From a virus (taxonomy: Duplodnaviria > Caudoviricetes): a stretch of DNA of 51,825 nucleotides. Positions 27,445-36,151 of the stretch are shown here, in pieces. Positions within the stretch are counted from its first letter, which is position 1. Each line of letters opens with the position of its first letter. Where the stretch lies: IMG/VR virus record IMGVR_UViG_3300043161_000008, positions 1 through 51,825 of that record. One strand, given 5' to 3'. Both the position numbers and the translations under genes were made by a program. The notes beneath the pieces were generated by a model that did no database searches, had not been told where the DNA came from, and saw nothing but the letters and a program-made list of their open reading frames with translations.

Positions 27445-27627
27445 ATGACCATGCCCGACACCATGCGCAGCGTGCTAACGCAAGGGGCGAGGAGGTACTT
27501 GGATGGAGAGATGAGCTATGATGAGTTCATCCAGGGACTTGTCTTAGCAATCGCTGAAAGCCCCGATGGTCAAGAGAAACAGAATGATCTAACTTGGCTT
27601 GCAGGTAAAATCTTAATGGGAGAATGA
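27445..27627 (+). CDS. Hypothetical protein
   Basis: AAGGAGG RBS. Confidence 0.55.
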   Translation: MTMPDTMRSVLTQGARRYLDGEMSYDEFIQGLVLAIAESPDGQEKQNDLTWLAGKILMGE

Positions 27628-27787
27628 GCATGGCTGAACGCTACTTACAATCAGAACACTACCAGAAGCTAGCTAAATTTATCAAGGGGGTTCCTAAGCG
27701 GGGGATTGTGAAACCCGCTCATCCCTACATCGAGAAATCCCGGCCTCCCAAGAAGCCTAAAGCGAAAACCTAAGTTTCCCGTGATCT

Positions 27788-27822
27788 GCATATGCCCGGA
27801 GCCACCCCTCCGGGCATATTGC
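27788..27822 (+). terminator. Hairpin at the end of the early operon
   Basis: ATATGCCCGGAG...CTCCGGGCATAT stem; no clean U-tract. Confidence 0.45.
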
Positions 27823-27935
27823 ATTCACCCGCCCGGCGGTTCCCACACCTTACCTGCGCCAAATCGTTGGTTCCCACGCATCGAAATGCGAAATTGCCTC
27901 ACCATCGTCCTTGAGCACCGGCTTCCTGGATCATG

Positions 27936-28160
27936 CACCCTGGAGCACCCTTGAGGATACTCTGGTGATACCCTAGTGATACCCTCATATCGAACCTTTC
28001 AGCCAGGAAGGGCGATGGGGGTATATAGGTAGGTTATTTATTTTTTTTTTTTTTTTTTTTTTTTAACCCTAGACCCCCCATCGCTTCAACCAGCCCAAAG
28101 TCCTGATATGAGAGTAGCTCCAGGGTATCACTAGAGTATCATAAGGGTAGCTCCAGGGTG
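27936..28160. repeat. About 95-bp imperfect inverted repeat with 11-bp tandem units flanking a T24 tract (candidate replication origin)
   Basis: Arms 27936-28030 and 28067-28160; right arm reads agagtagctcc agggtatcact agagtatcata agggtagctcc agggtg; T-run 28041-28064; no credible gene here. Confidence 0.8.
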
Positions 28161-28424
28161 ATTGGCTTCGCCCGACCTGCGCAGGGGCGATGGGTGCAAA
28201 GAGGCTGCGAAAGCGAGATCAGCCTCCCACGTCTTGGCCTTTTTCGCCCACCTTCGGCTCGAGTCTGCGCAGAATTGGCATACCTGCGACTCACCATCAG
28301 GCCCCCGCAGCGTGATTTCATTTCGTGGCAAATCGGACACATATGTGGCGGGGCCTTCGCCATATCCATCCCAGGATCTTCGCCTCGTGAGAATGCGATT
28401 TATCCACTTCGTGCAATTATCTTC

Positions 28425-28453
28425 TTGACTTTGAGGCGGGTTTGTGGTACAAT
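28425..28453 (+). promoter_or_regulatory. sigma70 promoter for the middle/replication operon
   Basis: TTGACT-17 nt-TACAAT with TGTGG extended -10. Confidence 0.75.
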
Positions 28454-28494
28454 GCGAACAATGGGACCTCGTCCCGCTTGAAGGGCTGACCACC

Positions 28495-28980
28495 ATGACC
28501 CTCGATCTCTACACCCTACATTCGACCCCCGTCGAAGGCGAGTTCATCATCCAGAAGTTCGACTCCGACTACAACATCCAATCCGTCTACACTTGCACCC
28601 TCACCACTTGCGCCTGCCCCCAGGGCCATAAGCCCCGCTGTCGCCATCGCACGATGCTTGGCATGTTCCTCGCCCACGGCCACATCGGGGATGGGTGGTT
28701 CTTAGAGTGGAACACCCGAATGTGGCGGAGGCCAGTGGGCGATCTCATTGACATAGGCAAAGGCCTGGAACAAGCATCTATGATCGCCGACGAAACGGTA
28801 ATGGGTACGTCGACATCCACGGCAGAGGACACTGAACCCTCACCTGCCGTGTTGGGGCCTGAGGCGCCCGCCTCGCCCCCTTCGCCACCGGAAGGGGAGC
28901 AGCCTCCCCAAGCAGCCGAAGCCGCTCCAGCCCGCCCGGTGGGGGTTGGGGCCCTTGTTAAGAGGAGGAAGATACCATGA
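28495..28980 (+). CDS. SWIM-type zinc-finger protein
   Basis: 'Y.C....CACP......CRH'; Pro/Ala-rich linker; ends VKRRKIP. Confidence 0.65.
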   Translation: MTLDLYTLHSTPVEGEFIIQKFDSDYNIQSVYTCTLTTCACPQGHKPRCRHRTMLGMFLAHGHIGDGWFLEWNTRMWRRPVGDLIDIGKGLEQASMIADETVMGTSTSTAEDTEPSPAVLGPEAPASPPSPPEGEQPPQAAEAAPARPVGVGALVKRRKIP

Positions 28981-29183
28981 ACAAGGAATACCTTGGCGAT
29001 GGAGTTTACGTATCCTTTGACGGATACCAGCTATGGCTCCATGTTACCAATGACCAATACGGTGGCCAAAGTAGTATCGCACTTGAGCCGATTGTATTTG
29101 CTGCGTTGGTTGATTACGAGAAACGACTGCGGGATTGGTGCACAGGCAAGCGCGTGGTTACAGAGGATCACAACACCCAATGA
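28977..29183 (+). CDS. Phage hypothetical protein
   Basis: 'EYLGDGVYVSFDGYQLWL...IALEP.V'; ATGA-coupled. Confidence 0.65.
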   Translation: MNKEYLGDGVYVSFDGYQLWLHVTNDQYGGQSSIALEPIVFAALVDYEKRLRDWCTGKRVVTEDHNTQ

Positions 29184-29497
29184 CCAAATCCCCTCCCCTC
29201 TCCCCCACCATCTACCGCTCCTATGACACCCTCTATCTCGACTTCGGCTCCATGGCCCTCGCCTTTCCCTTCACCGAAGGCGGGCTTGGCAAGGCCCTGG
29301 CCCATATCCCCAATATCTCCGGGCCAAGGGGCGGCCACCTGACCGGTCGAAGCAACTTTCCCAAAGTCGTCAGCTTGAAAGGCCACATCGCTCGCGTCAC
29401 GCGGTTCCGCGGCCGCCGCCCGATCCTCGACCTGCCAGATGGGATGCGCGAGGCGGCCTTGGCCGTGGTCAAGCGTAGGGGGATGGGGAAGCCATGA
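29180..29497 (+). CDS. Hypothetical protein
   Basis: ATGA-coupled; ends VVKRRGMGKP. Confidence 0.6.
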   Translation: MTKSPPLSPTIYRSYDTLYLDFGSMALAFPFTEGGLGKALAHIPNISGPRGGHLTGRSNFPKVVSLKGHIARVTRFRGRRPILDLPDGMREAALAVVKRRGMGKP

Positions 29498-29691
29498 GCA
29501 TCGCCACCATCGACCCTCAAACCTACGACAACATCCTCACCCGTACCATCGCCCATTTCATCGACTCCGGCATGGATCTCATCGCGGCGAGGCAACTCGC
29601 CAAGGAGCAAATGGCCTCCAGCTTCGTCAAAGGCGACGATCGAGATCGAGATTGGGAACTCGACTACAAGGAGAATGGCATTTATGGCTGA
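29494..29691 (+). CDS. Hypothetical protein
   Basis: ATGA-coupled ORF. Confidence 0.55.
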   Translation: MSIATIDPQTYDNILTRTIAHFIDSGMDLIAARQLAKEQMASSFVKGDDRDRDWELDYKENGIYG

Positions 29692-29974
29692 CATCACCGA
29701 AGACCAAGCCGCCACCGCCGAGGCGATCGTCACCCAAGGCATATCCGCCCTCCTTAGCAATGTCACCGCTTCCCTCGATGCCGACTCTGCCGTCGTCGTC
29801 GCCTATGCCATCAACACCTACATCGAAACCATGGCCCGCATGGGCGGGCGAAACCGCTTCACCTCCGGCGATGTCACCCGCCTCTTCACCATCATCAACC
29901 TCTACCTCGAAGGTGGGGCGGTGCAAGTGCGTAAGGCTGAGGATTTCGCTCCGAAGGGAAAGCCGACGAGATGA
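29684..29974 (+). CDS. Hypothetical protein
   Basis: Coupled ORF with the C-ending codon usage of the operon. Confidence 0.55.
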   Translation: MADITEDQAATAEAIVTQGISALLSNVTASLDADSAVVVAYAINTYIETMARMGGRNRFTSGDVTRLFTIINLYLEGGAVQVRKAEDFAPKGKPTR

Positions 29975-30330
29975 GCGAACCCTTCCTTATCCTCCACAAA
30001 GTCCACGGCGCCCCCGCCTTTGACATCGCCGAGCGCAACGATGATATGGGCACTCCATCCGACCCTGGTCCTTGGTGGATCATTCCTACATCGGGACATA
30101 GGGCATATCCAGTGTGGTGGCTAGAGCTAAGTTACTTCGCGGTGACCGAAGCTATCATCCATACCAGCGGCCTCCTTCCTCCTTTCACCATCGCAGATGA
30201 CATCCCTGACCACTACGCCGCTTCCGCCTCTCGCTCTCGTCTCGCAACCGCCGCAGGCGATCTCCTCTCCATCCTCGGCCTTGGGCGGGCGAAGCCTCAG
30301 GAGCCGGTTAAGCGCCGGGTAATACCATGA
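29971..30330 (+). CDS. Phage hypothetical protein
   Basis: 'PFLILHKV.G.PAFDIA...WWIIPTSGHRAYP.W'; ends LGL...PVKRRVIP. Confidence 0.65.
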   Translation: MSEPFLILHKVHGAPAFDIAERNDDMGTPSDPGPWWIIPTSGHRAYPVWWLELSYFAVTEAIIHTSGLLPPFTIADDIPDHYAASASRSRLATAAGDLLSILGLGRAKPQEPVKRRVIP

Positions 30331-30707
30331 AAATGTGCATCTCCATCATCCACCTCGGCCGATATAGGATCGACATGCTTGATGAGAACAACCAGATCGT
30401 TAGAGGCTACGATTGCGGTCTCGCTGGCGTCCTGGTCGCTCTCAACAATTGGCTCTTCGTCCCAGAGCATCTGGCCTACCAAGGCGATCAGCGGAAGTCG
30501 TCTGATGAACTTGGTAGAGAAGCTATTCTAAAGCTAGCTGCTGACCCTACAGTCAATCCTAGAGGCTTGCCTATCAACGCCAGATATCCAGGGCGTGTCA
30601 CGTCAAGCACCACTGAATGCAAGCATCCCAAATGCCCCTCTCCAGCCAAATGTCGTGACGGTTGTGTAGATCAACAACCAATTACTCTGGCCACTAACCA
30701 TGGCTAA
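30327..30707 (+). CDS. Hypothetical protein with C-terminal Cys cluster
   Basis: ATGA-coupled; C-x4-C-x5-C-x3-C. Confidence 0.5.
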   Translation: MKMCISIIHLGRYRIDMLDENNQIVRGYDCGLAGVLVALNNWLFVPEHLAYQGDQRKSSDELGREAILKLAADPTVNPRGLPINARYPGRVTSSTTECKHPKCPSPAKCRDGCVDQQPITLATNHG

Positions 30708-30963
30708 GCCCCCCGGCAACCGCCTCGATTACCAAACCCTCGGCGGCGACTTCTCCCCCGAGATCACCTTCTCCCAACTGATCGAATTCTGCCGGCTGGC
30801 GCAGGAGGATTGCAAGGCCCTGGCCGATTGGGCCAAAATCCACGAGAGCAAAGTCAAGGCTTGGGCTTGGCTCCAAATGGCAGATAACTTTGAAAAGATC
30901 ATCTCGATCCTGGCCCATCTTGGGAAAGGGAAGACGAAGACGAGTGTGGGGTTTAGGCAATGA
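30700..30963 (+). CDS. Hypothetical protein
   Basis: Coupled ORF; resembles 31231..31458. Confidence 0.6.
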   Translation: MAKPPGNRLDYQTLGGDFSPEITFSQLIEFCRLAQEDCKALADWAKIHESKVKAWAWLQMADNFEKIISILAHLGKGKTKTSVGFRQ

Positions 30964-31230
30964 ACAATGAATGGCCTTTCAATCAAAATGCCAAAGGTTT
31001 TATCATTGGAATTGTAGCAGTAATGCTGGCTTCATTTTTAAACAACATACCCTTCGCGATAGCCGGTGCTTGCATTTGCATTTTATATTGCACCTCACAA
31101 ATTTGTAAGGTTATTATAGAGTCCAAACGATCATGACCCACCCGCCCGAAGGCGACCCTCTCCTCGCCTGCGTCATCCTCGCCTTCATCATCTTCGTCAT
31201 CTACTGCGCTTGGAAAGATAGGAACCGGAC

Positions 31231-31458
31231 ATGAGCAAAGTCCCAGTCAAGACCGAGGCGGATATATTTTCGCGTCTATTAGAACAACTCCGCCTCGCCG
31301 AAGAAGCCTCCTACACCCTCGGCCATTTCTACAAAGCCCAAGACGACTTCGAACATGGGCAGGGATTCCTCGCGGTGGGCGAAATGTTTAAGTATAGCCA
31401 AACAAATATAATCAATATAGCCACCAAGAGTATGAGAATTAAAGCAGGCCTATCATGA
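31231..31458 (+). CDS. Hypothetical protein
   Basis: ORF; resembles 30700..30963. Confidence 0.6.
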   Translation: MSKVPVKTEADIFSRLLEQLRLAEEASYTLGHFYKAQDDFEHGQGFLAVGEMFKYSQTNIINIATKSMRIKAGLS

Positions 31459-31565
31459 AAGAGCTTTCACTTTGCAAATGGTGCTTTAACTAAAGTAATA
31501 GCTGAATTTTATGGAGTCAAAGCTGGCACTATCAGAGCAATCAAGAATGGAGTCACTTGGCAATG
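31455..31565 (+). pseudogene. Frameshifted HTH remnant
   Basis: MKEL then, after a one-base shift, HFANGALTKVIAEFYGVKAGTIRAIKNGVTWQ*, resembling the C-terminal HTH of HNH homing nucleases. Confidence 0.4.
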
Positions 31566-31799
31566 AATACGTTACAGCTCAACGCCACCGCCGATGCTCT
31601 CCTCGACCTGATCAAATCCTCGACCGACTCCCCCCGCGATGGCATCGCCATCCTCGGCCTCGCCCTTTGCAAGCTCTACGACGATGCCTGCGGGGACCAG
31701 GACGCCCTCCCCTTCGCCCGGTTCGCTGGGGACTTTCACATGTCGCTCCTTGAGACGCATAAGAATGTATCTTCCTCTGGACCAGTGACACGACAATGA
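31563..31799 (+). CDS. Hypothetical protein
   Basis: ORF track, coupled to the next gene; start approximate. Confidence 0.5.
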   Translation: MNTLQLNATADALLDLIKSSTDSPRDGIAILGLALCKLYDDACGDQDALPFARFAGDFHMSLLETHKNVSSSGPVTRQ

Positions 31800-32044
31800 C
31801 TCGTAACGCCGTACCGCTATATAAGCAACCGAAACCTATTCTAGCTATGCGAATAGGCAAAAACAAATGCCCAGTTTGTGGAACAGGATTTGATTACACA
31901 ATTAGAAAACCACTTTGTTCTCATGTCCGATATAACAAGAAACTAAAGAAATATGTATTGAAATCTACACAGGGCCTTACACGAGCTGATGATATTCAGG
32001 AACAAAAGTATTCTAAAGTCCCCCTTTGGAGGCGCCCTCGATGA
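31796..32044 (+). CDS. Small basic Cys-containing protein (AT-rich)
   Basis: CPVC...C..H; ATGA overlaps at both ends. Confidence 0.5.
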   Translation: MTRNAVPLYKQPKPILAMRIGKNKCPVCGTGFDYTIRKPLCSHVRYNKKLKKYVLKSTQGLTRADDIQEQKYSKVPLWRRPR

Positions 32045-33486
32045 GAGCCCTTAAGGTCCAGACTTCATTGCCATTGACACCACCCCCCACCGCGGAGCAG
32101 GAGCATATCCTCTCCCTCGTCACCCTCACCACCTCCAACCTCATCATCAACGCCCTTGCTGGCTCTGGAAAGACCACCACCCTGGAGATGATCCAAAATG
32201 CGCTCACACCGCCGGTACTGTGTTTGGCTTTCAATAAACGGATCGCAGAGGTTATGGTCAAGCGGTTCAAGACTACTACTACGGTTCGCACTTTTAATGG
32301 GCTCGGCCACCGCATTTGGAGTACAGCTTGTGCAGGAAGAGTATCCCTCGACCCAAAGAAAGTCCCCGACCTCCTCCGAGAACTGATAAAGGAGCTTTCC
32401 CGTGGCGAAGCAAGCGAAGCTTGGGAAGTCTTTTGGGACATCATTGCCGCCTGTGGCTTGGCGAAATCCCTCGGCTACGTCCCGGACGGGAAGTACCCTA
32501 ATGCAAAACGACTTATTGACCAAACTGCCTTTTACGCAATGCTCCCCGAAGACATCGGCGAACTCGGCCCCTTCCTCCTCGAAGAGGTCCTCCTCCGCTC
32601 AATCAAATCCGCCTACGCCGGCCTCATCGACTATAACGATCAGGTATATATGCCCGCACTGTTCGGTGGTACATACCCGAAGTTTCCGACTGTCCTCATC
32701 GACGAAGCGCAAGACCTTTCCCCCGTCAATCATCAGATGCTCCATCACCTTTCAAAAAGTCGGCTTATTGCAGTTGGGGACCCGTATCAATCAATTTACC
32801 GATTTCGAGGAGCCGAAACTAACGGAATGAGCAAGCTCGCCCAGCGCTTCGCGATGACCCCCGCGAATCTAAGCATCTCATTCCGTTGCCCGAAGGCAAT
32901 AGTTCAAGCGGTCCAATGGCGTGCCCCGCACATGCAATGGCTCAAGGAGGGAGGCCGTGTCGGCGTTCTTAAAAACCCTACGCTCGATAGCTTTACCGAT
33001 GGCTCTGTTATCATCTGTCGGAATAATGCTCCTCTCTTTGCCCTTGCCCTTCGCCTCTTGGCTTCGGGGCGGAGCGTTAGCGTTGCTGGTAGCGATGTGG
33101 GCCCTCGCGTTATTGGGATCATGCGTCGATTAGGGGAAGATAATGACAAGCAAGAGGAAGTCCTTGCCGCTATTAGCAAGTGGGAAGCGGAGAAAGTGGC
33201 CAAAGGATCAACTACCGCCCCAGATATTGCTGGATGCATGCGTGTCTTTGCAAACCACGGTACTACTCTTGGACAAGCAGTGGCTTACGCAGAACATTTA
33301 TTCAAGCAAACCGGAACAATTGCCCTTCTCACTGGACACAAGGCTAAAGGCTTGGAATGGAACACTGTCTATCACCTGGACCCCTACCTCCTCCGCGCCG
33401 ACGAACAAGACCTAAACCTTCGCTACGTCATCACCACCCGCGCGATGGAAACTTATTATGAGATCAACACGGCGGATATCAAATGA
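32041..33486 (+). CDS. Superfamily 1 (UvrD/Rep-like) helicase
   Basis: 'ALAGSGKTT', 'LAFNK', 'LIDEAQD', 'VGDPYQSIYRFRGA', 'SFRCP', 'TGHKAKGLEW', 'YVITTRA'. Confidence 0.92.
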   Translation: MRALKVQTSLPLTPPPTAEQEHILSLVTLTTSNLIINALAGSGKTTTLEMIQNALTPPVLCLAFNKRIAEVMVKRFKTTTTVRTFNGLGHRIWSTACAGRVSLDPKKVPDLLRELIKELSRGEASEAWEVFWDIIAACGLAKSLGYVPDGKYPNAKRLIDQTAFYAMLPEDIGELGPFLLEEVLLRSIKSAYAGLIDYNDQVYMPALFGGTYPKFPTVLIDEAQDLSPVNHQMLHHLSKSRLIAVGDPYQSIYRFRGAETNGMSKLAQRFAMTPANLSISFRCPKAIVQAVQWRAPHMQWLKEGGRVGVLKNPTLDSFTDGSVIICRNNAPLFALALRLLASGRSVSVAGSDVGPRVIGIMRRLGEDNDKQEEVLAAISKWEAEKVAKGSTTAPDIAGCMRVFANHGTTLGQAVAYAEHLFKQTGTIALLTGHKAKGLEWNTVYHLDPYLLRADEQDLNLRYVITTRAMETYYEINTADIK

Positions 33487-33634
33487 ACGACTCCAAATAC
33501 ACTACAGCTATTAAGCGTCTATACAAAGCACTCATCGACACAGCTTTAGAAGAAGACCTTATCATAGAAGGAACTCTTACAGTCAAATTCCCTGACGGTT
33601 GGCAAACGGCAGTTGTTATAAAAAAGGAAGTACA

Positions 33635-34018
33635 GTGACAGTATCGACAAGTCGGGCCGCCTACGAAGACTGCTTCCACCTCCTCGACCGGGCGATGGAC
33701 TCCCCCGCAGGCATCCGCCACTCCTGCCCCACATCCGGCGCCGCCAACCATCTCCGTGTGCGCCTGAACTACGCCCGCGTCCTTTCCCGCAACGAACACA
33801 ACGGCCTCCTCATCGACGACCCCCGCCTTGGCACCTCCCCTTACGACGCCCTCATCATCCAGATGAAAGAAATCTCTGGCAAGTGGTGGGTTTATATCTA
33901 CGCCCGCAAGCTCCCCGGCGAAACCGAAGAACTCCCGATCGAGACCTGTGAGAATATCCATGACCTCTCCCCGATCAACAACTATTCCGAGAACGGCGTG
34001 AAGCGGAGGCGAACGTGA
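33635..34018 (+). CDS. Hypothetical protein
   Basis: GTG start after AAGGAAG; ends GVKRRRT. Confidence 0.6.
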   Translation: MTVSTSRAAYEDCFHLLDRAMDSPAGIRHSCPTSGAANHLRVRLNYARVLSRNEHNGLLIDDPRLGTSPYDALIIQMKEISGKWWVYIYARKLPGETEELPIETCENIHDLSPINNYSENGVKRRRT

Positions 34019-34242
34019 ACAAAAACGGCCGTCCATCCAAGCTAACCGACGCCGATGTCGCCGAAATCATCCGCCGTTGTGATCTCGCCCGCGTTAACTC
34101 CTCCAAACTAATCGGCGCCGACTTTGGCATCTCCCGCGCTTGGGTCAACCGTATCTACAACGAAAGGCCGCTCAGTGCCCACCCCTCCCCTCGAACAGCC
34201 GCACAAGAAGGTCACGCTAAATCTCTGGCAAAAGGACCTTGA
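34015..34242 (+). CDS. Small HTH protein
   Basis: 'GRPSKLTDADV.EI...IGADFGISRAWVNRI'. Confidence 0.6.
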   Translation: MNKNGRPSKLTDADVAEIIRRCDLARVNSSKLIGADFGISRAWVNRIYNERPLSAHPSPRTAAQEGHAKSLAKGP

Positions 34243-34339
34243 GTACCTAAAAGCCAACTACGAGCGTTGGTCGGAGAAGGTCCGGGAGATTGTGCATGAC
34301 TTCGTCAGAAGCGCAAATAGGACTTTTAAAGATGAATGA
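34175..34339 (+). CDS. Possible ribbon-helix-helix protein
   Basis: 'KKVTLNLWQKDLEYLK...WSEKVREIVHDFV'; overlaps the HTH ORF tail. Confidence 0.45.
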   Translation: MPTPPLEQPHKKVTLNLWQKDLEYLKANYERWSEKVREIVHDFVRSANRTFKDE

Positions 34340-34538
34340 CCGCAAAAAGCTTGCTGCATCATTAGCCTATGGTATCCTCCAACGGCTAATAGCCAACTAC
34401 GAGTCGCAACGTGATCAAATCAATGATAGTGATTTGGATAATGAGCAACCGATCGCTATTACATTTCGGGGCACTCTTAACGACATACGAAATGCCAGAG
34501 CGGCCCTTGGCCTATTCAGATCGGAGGGTGTAGCATGA
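34332..34538 (+). CDS. Hypothetical protein
   Basis: Coupled ORF. Confidence 0.5.
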   Translation: MNDRKKLAASLAYGILQRLIANYESQRDQINDSDLDNEQPIAITFRGTLNDIRNARAALGLFRSEGVA

Positions 34539-34783
34539 CCGAAGAACCTGATAAGGACCCCCGCTTTCCCGGCACCGGCAACTACCTCGACTGGCTCATG
34601 TCGATGGACCCACTCGAACTTTCCGCTCGGAACATCGACGAAGTCATCGCCTTTCACCGCCGCAACCGCCAACTGGTCGATGCCGGTGTCAAGCCGAAGA
34701 AGAACGAAGGGCCCAAGGTGGACCTAGCCAAGATTGGGTTGGCCTCGCCCCCGCAGGTGGTGAAGAGGAGGCAGATACCTTGA
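34535..34783 (+). CDS. Hypothetical protein
   Basis: GGAGG RBS; ends IGL...VVKRRQIP. Confidence 0.6.
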   Translation: MTEEPDKDPRFPGTGNYLDWLMSMDPLELSARNIDEVIAFHRRNRQLVDAGVKPKKNEGPKVDLAKIGLASPPQVVKRRQIP

Positions 34784-35832
34784 CCAATGTAGCATTATCA
34801 CGCCGAGGCTTTCTCAAAGGGGCAACCGCAATAGCCTTAGCCTCAACTGCTATGTCCCCTTTCCTTCCAGGTACTAAAATACAGTATGCTTGGGACTCAA
34901 CTAGCCTCGGTTGGCTCAAAGTCTGCCCACGCCTCTACTACTATCAAATGATCGAAGGCTGGTCATCCAACGAAGAGTCTGTCCATCTCCGCTTTGGGCA
35001 GGAGTATCATCATGCGCTCCAGGACTACGACATACTCCGATCTACTGGGATTAAACACAACGATGCGGTTCACGACACTGTTCGAGAGCTCTTGCTTCGG
35101 ACTAGTGATTTTGACCCAGACCACAAGGTCAAGACGCGAACATCGCTTGTGCGCACGGTTATTTGGTACCTTGATCAATTTCAGCGTGAGCAGACCCATA
35201 CCCACATCCTCGCCGATGGAAAGCCAGCGGTAGAGTTGAGCTTCCGGTTTGAGTTGGATTGGGGGCCAAAGACAGAGCGCCTACAAGTAGATGATGACGG
35301 CGATCCAAACGGCACATTTGAACCTACAAAGTACATCCTCTCCGGCCACCTCGACCGGGTCGTCTCCCTCAACGACGACCTCTTCGTCATGGATCGCAAA
35401 ACCACTACTGCCGCTCCCGGCACTTGGTTCTTCTCCCAATTCGAACCCGACAATCAAATGTCCCTCTATTCCTTCGCGGGGCAGGTCGTCCTTGGGACCC
35501 CCGTCCGGGGCGTCATCATCGACGCGGCCCAAATCCTCGAAGACGAGTCCCGCTTTGGCCGGGGCTTCACCTACCGTACCCCGGCACAAACCGCCGAATG
35601 GCTCGCCGACCTCCGCTATTGGCTCACCCTCGCAGAGCAATACGCGGTCAACAACTACTGGCCCATGAACGACAAATCCTGTGGCCACTATCGCTCCGAA
35701 GCCGATGGCCGGACCGGGTGCCCCTTTCGGGAAATCTGTGGGAAGGACCCGAGCGTGAGGGAGACTTTCTTGAAAACGCAGTTCACAAAGTTGGAGGAGA
35801 AGGAAAGATGGAACCCTCTTCGGTCGAGATAA
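34780..35832 (+). CDS. PD-(D/E)XK Cas4/RecB-like exonuclease with an N-terminal Tat-like sequence
   Basis: 'STSL...K.CPR.YYY', 'G...H', 'E', 'GHLDRV', 'VMDRKT', 'Q.SLY', 'C...CPFREIC'; N-terminus SRRGFLK. Confidence 0.85.
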   Translation: MTNVALSRRGFLKGATAIALASTAMSPFLPGTKIQYAWDSTSLGWLKVCPRLYYYQMIEGWSSNEESVHLRFGQEYHHALQDYDILRSTGIKHNDAVHDTVRELLLRTSDFDPDHKVKTRTSLVRTVIWYLDQFQREQTHTHILADGKPAVELSFRFELDWGPKTERLQVDDDGDPNGTFEPTKYILSGHLDRVVSLNDDLFVMDRKTTTAAPGTWFFSQFEPDNQMSLYSFAGQVVLGTPVRGVIIDAAQILEDESRFGRGFTYRTPAQTAEWLADLRYWLTLAEQYAVNNYWPMNDKSCGHYRSEADGRTGCPFREICGKDPSVRETFLKTQFTKLEEKERWNPLRSR

Positions 35833-35929
35833 TAATAGCAGGGCGCCGACCTGAATTAAAAGACATCCCACACAACTGCTACGCTGAGCGCTCAAAGTCC
35901 GTCACTGTAAGACAAGGAAATGGTGAGAT

Positions 35930-36151
35930 ATGGCTGATATTGAAACCCAACCCATCCGCTACAAACTCATCCTTGGCAAGTTCCGCGTCGATAAGATCAA
36001 CGAACTCGGCGCGTCGTTAGAGTTTTCAATCCACCTTCCCGGCCTTGGCCATCTAATCTGCACCGGGCCAAAGGCCGACGTCAAGGAAGGGGACCTGCTC
36101 ACACTCTATACCGAAATCCTATCAGGAAACACAAATGCCAAACCTCAGTGA
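35930..36151 (+). CDS. Hypothetical protein
   Basis: Coupled ORF. Confidence 0.55.
   Translation: MADIETQPIRYKLILGKFRVDKINELGASLEFSIHLPGLGHLICTGPKADVKEGDLLTLYTEILSGNTNAKPQ

Noticed and set aside
27936-28160. CRISPR array or protelomerase telomere site
   Set aside because: Units are 11 bp with no spacers; the palindrome is imperfect with a poly-T centre; no protelomerase-like ORF seen
34780-35832. CRISPR-Cas system based on the Cas4-like gene
   Set aside because: No cas1/cas2 or array; nuclease-Sak4-SSB is an ordinary phage recombination module
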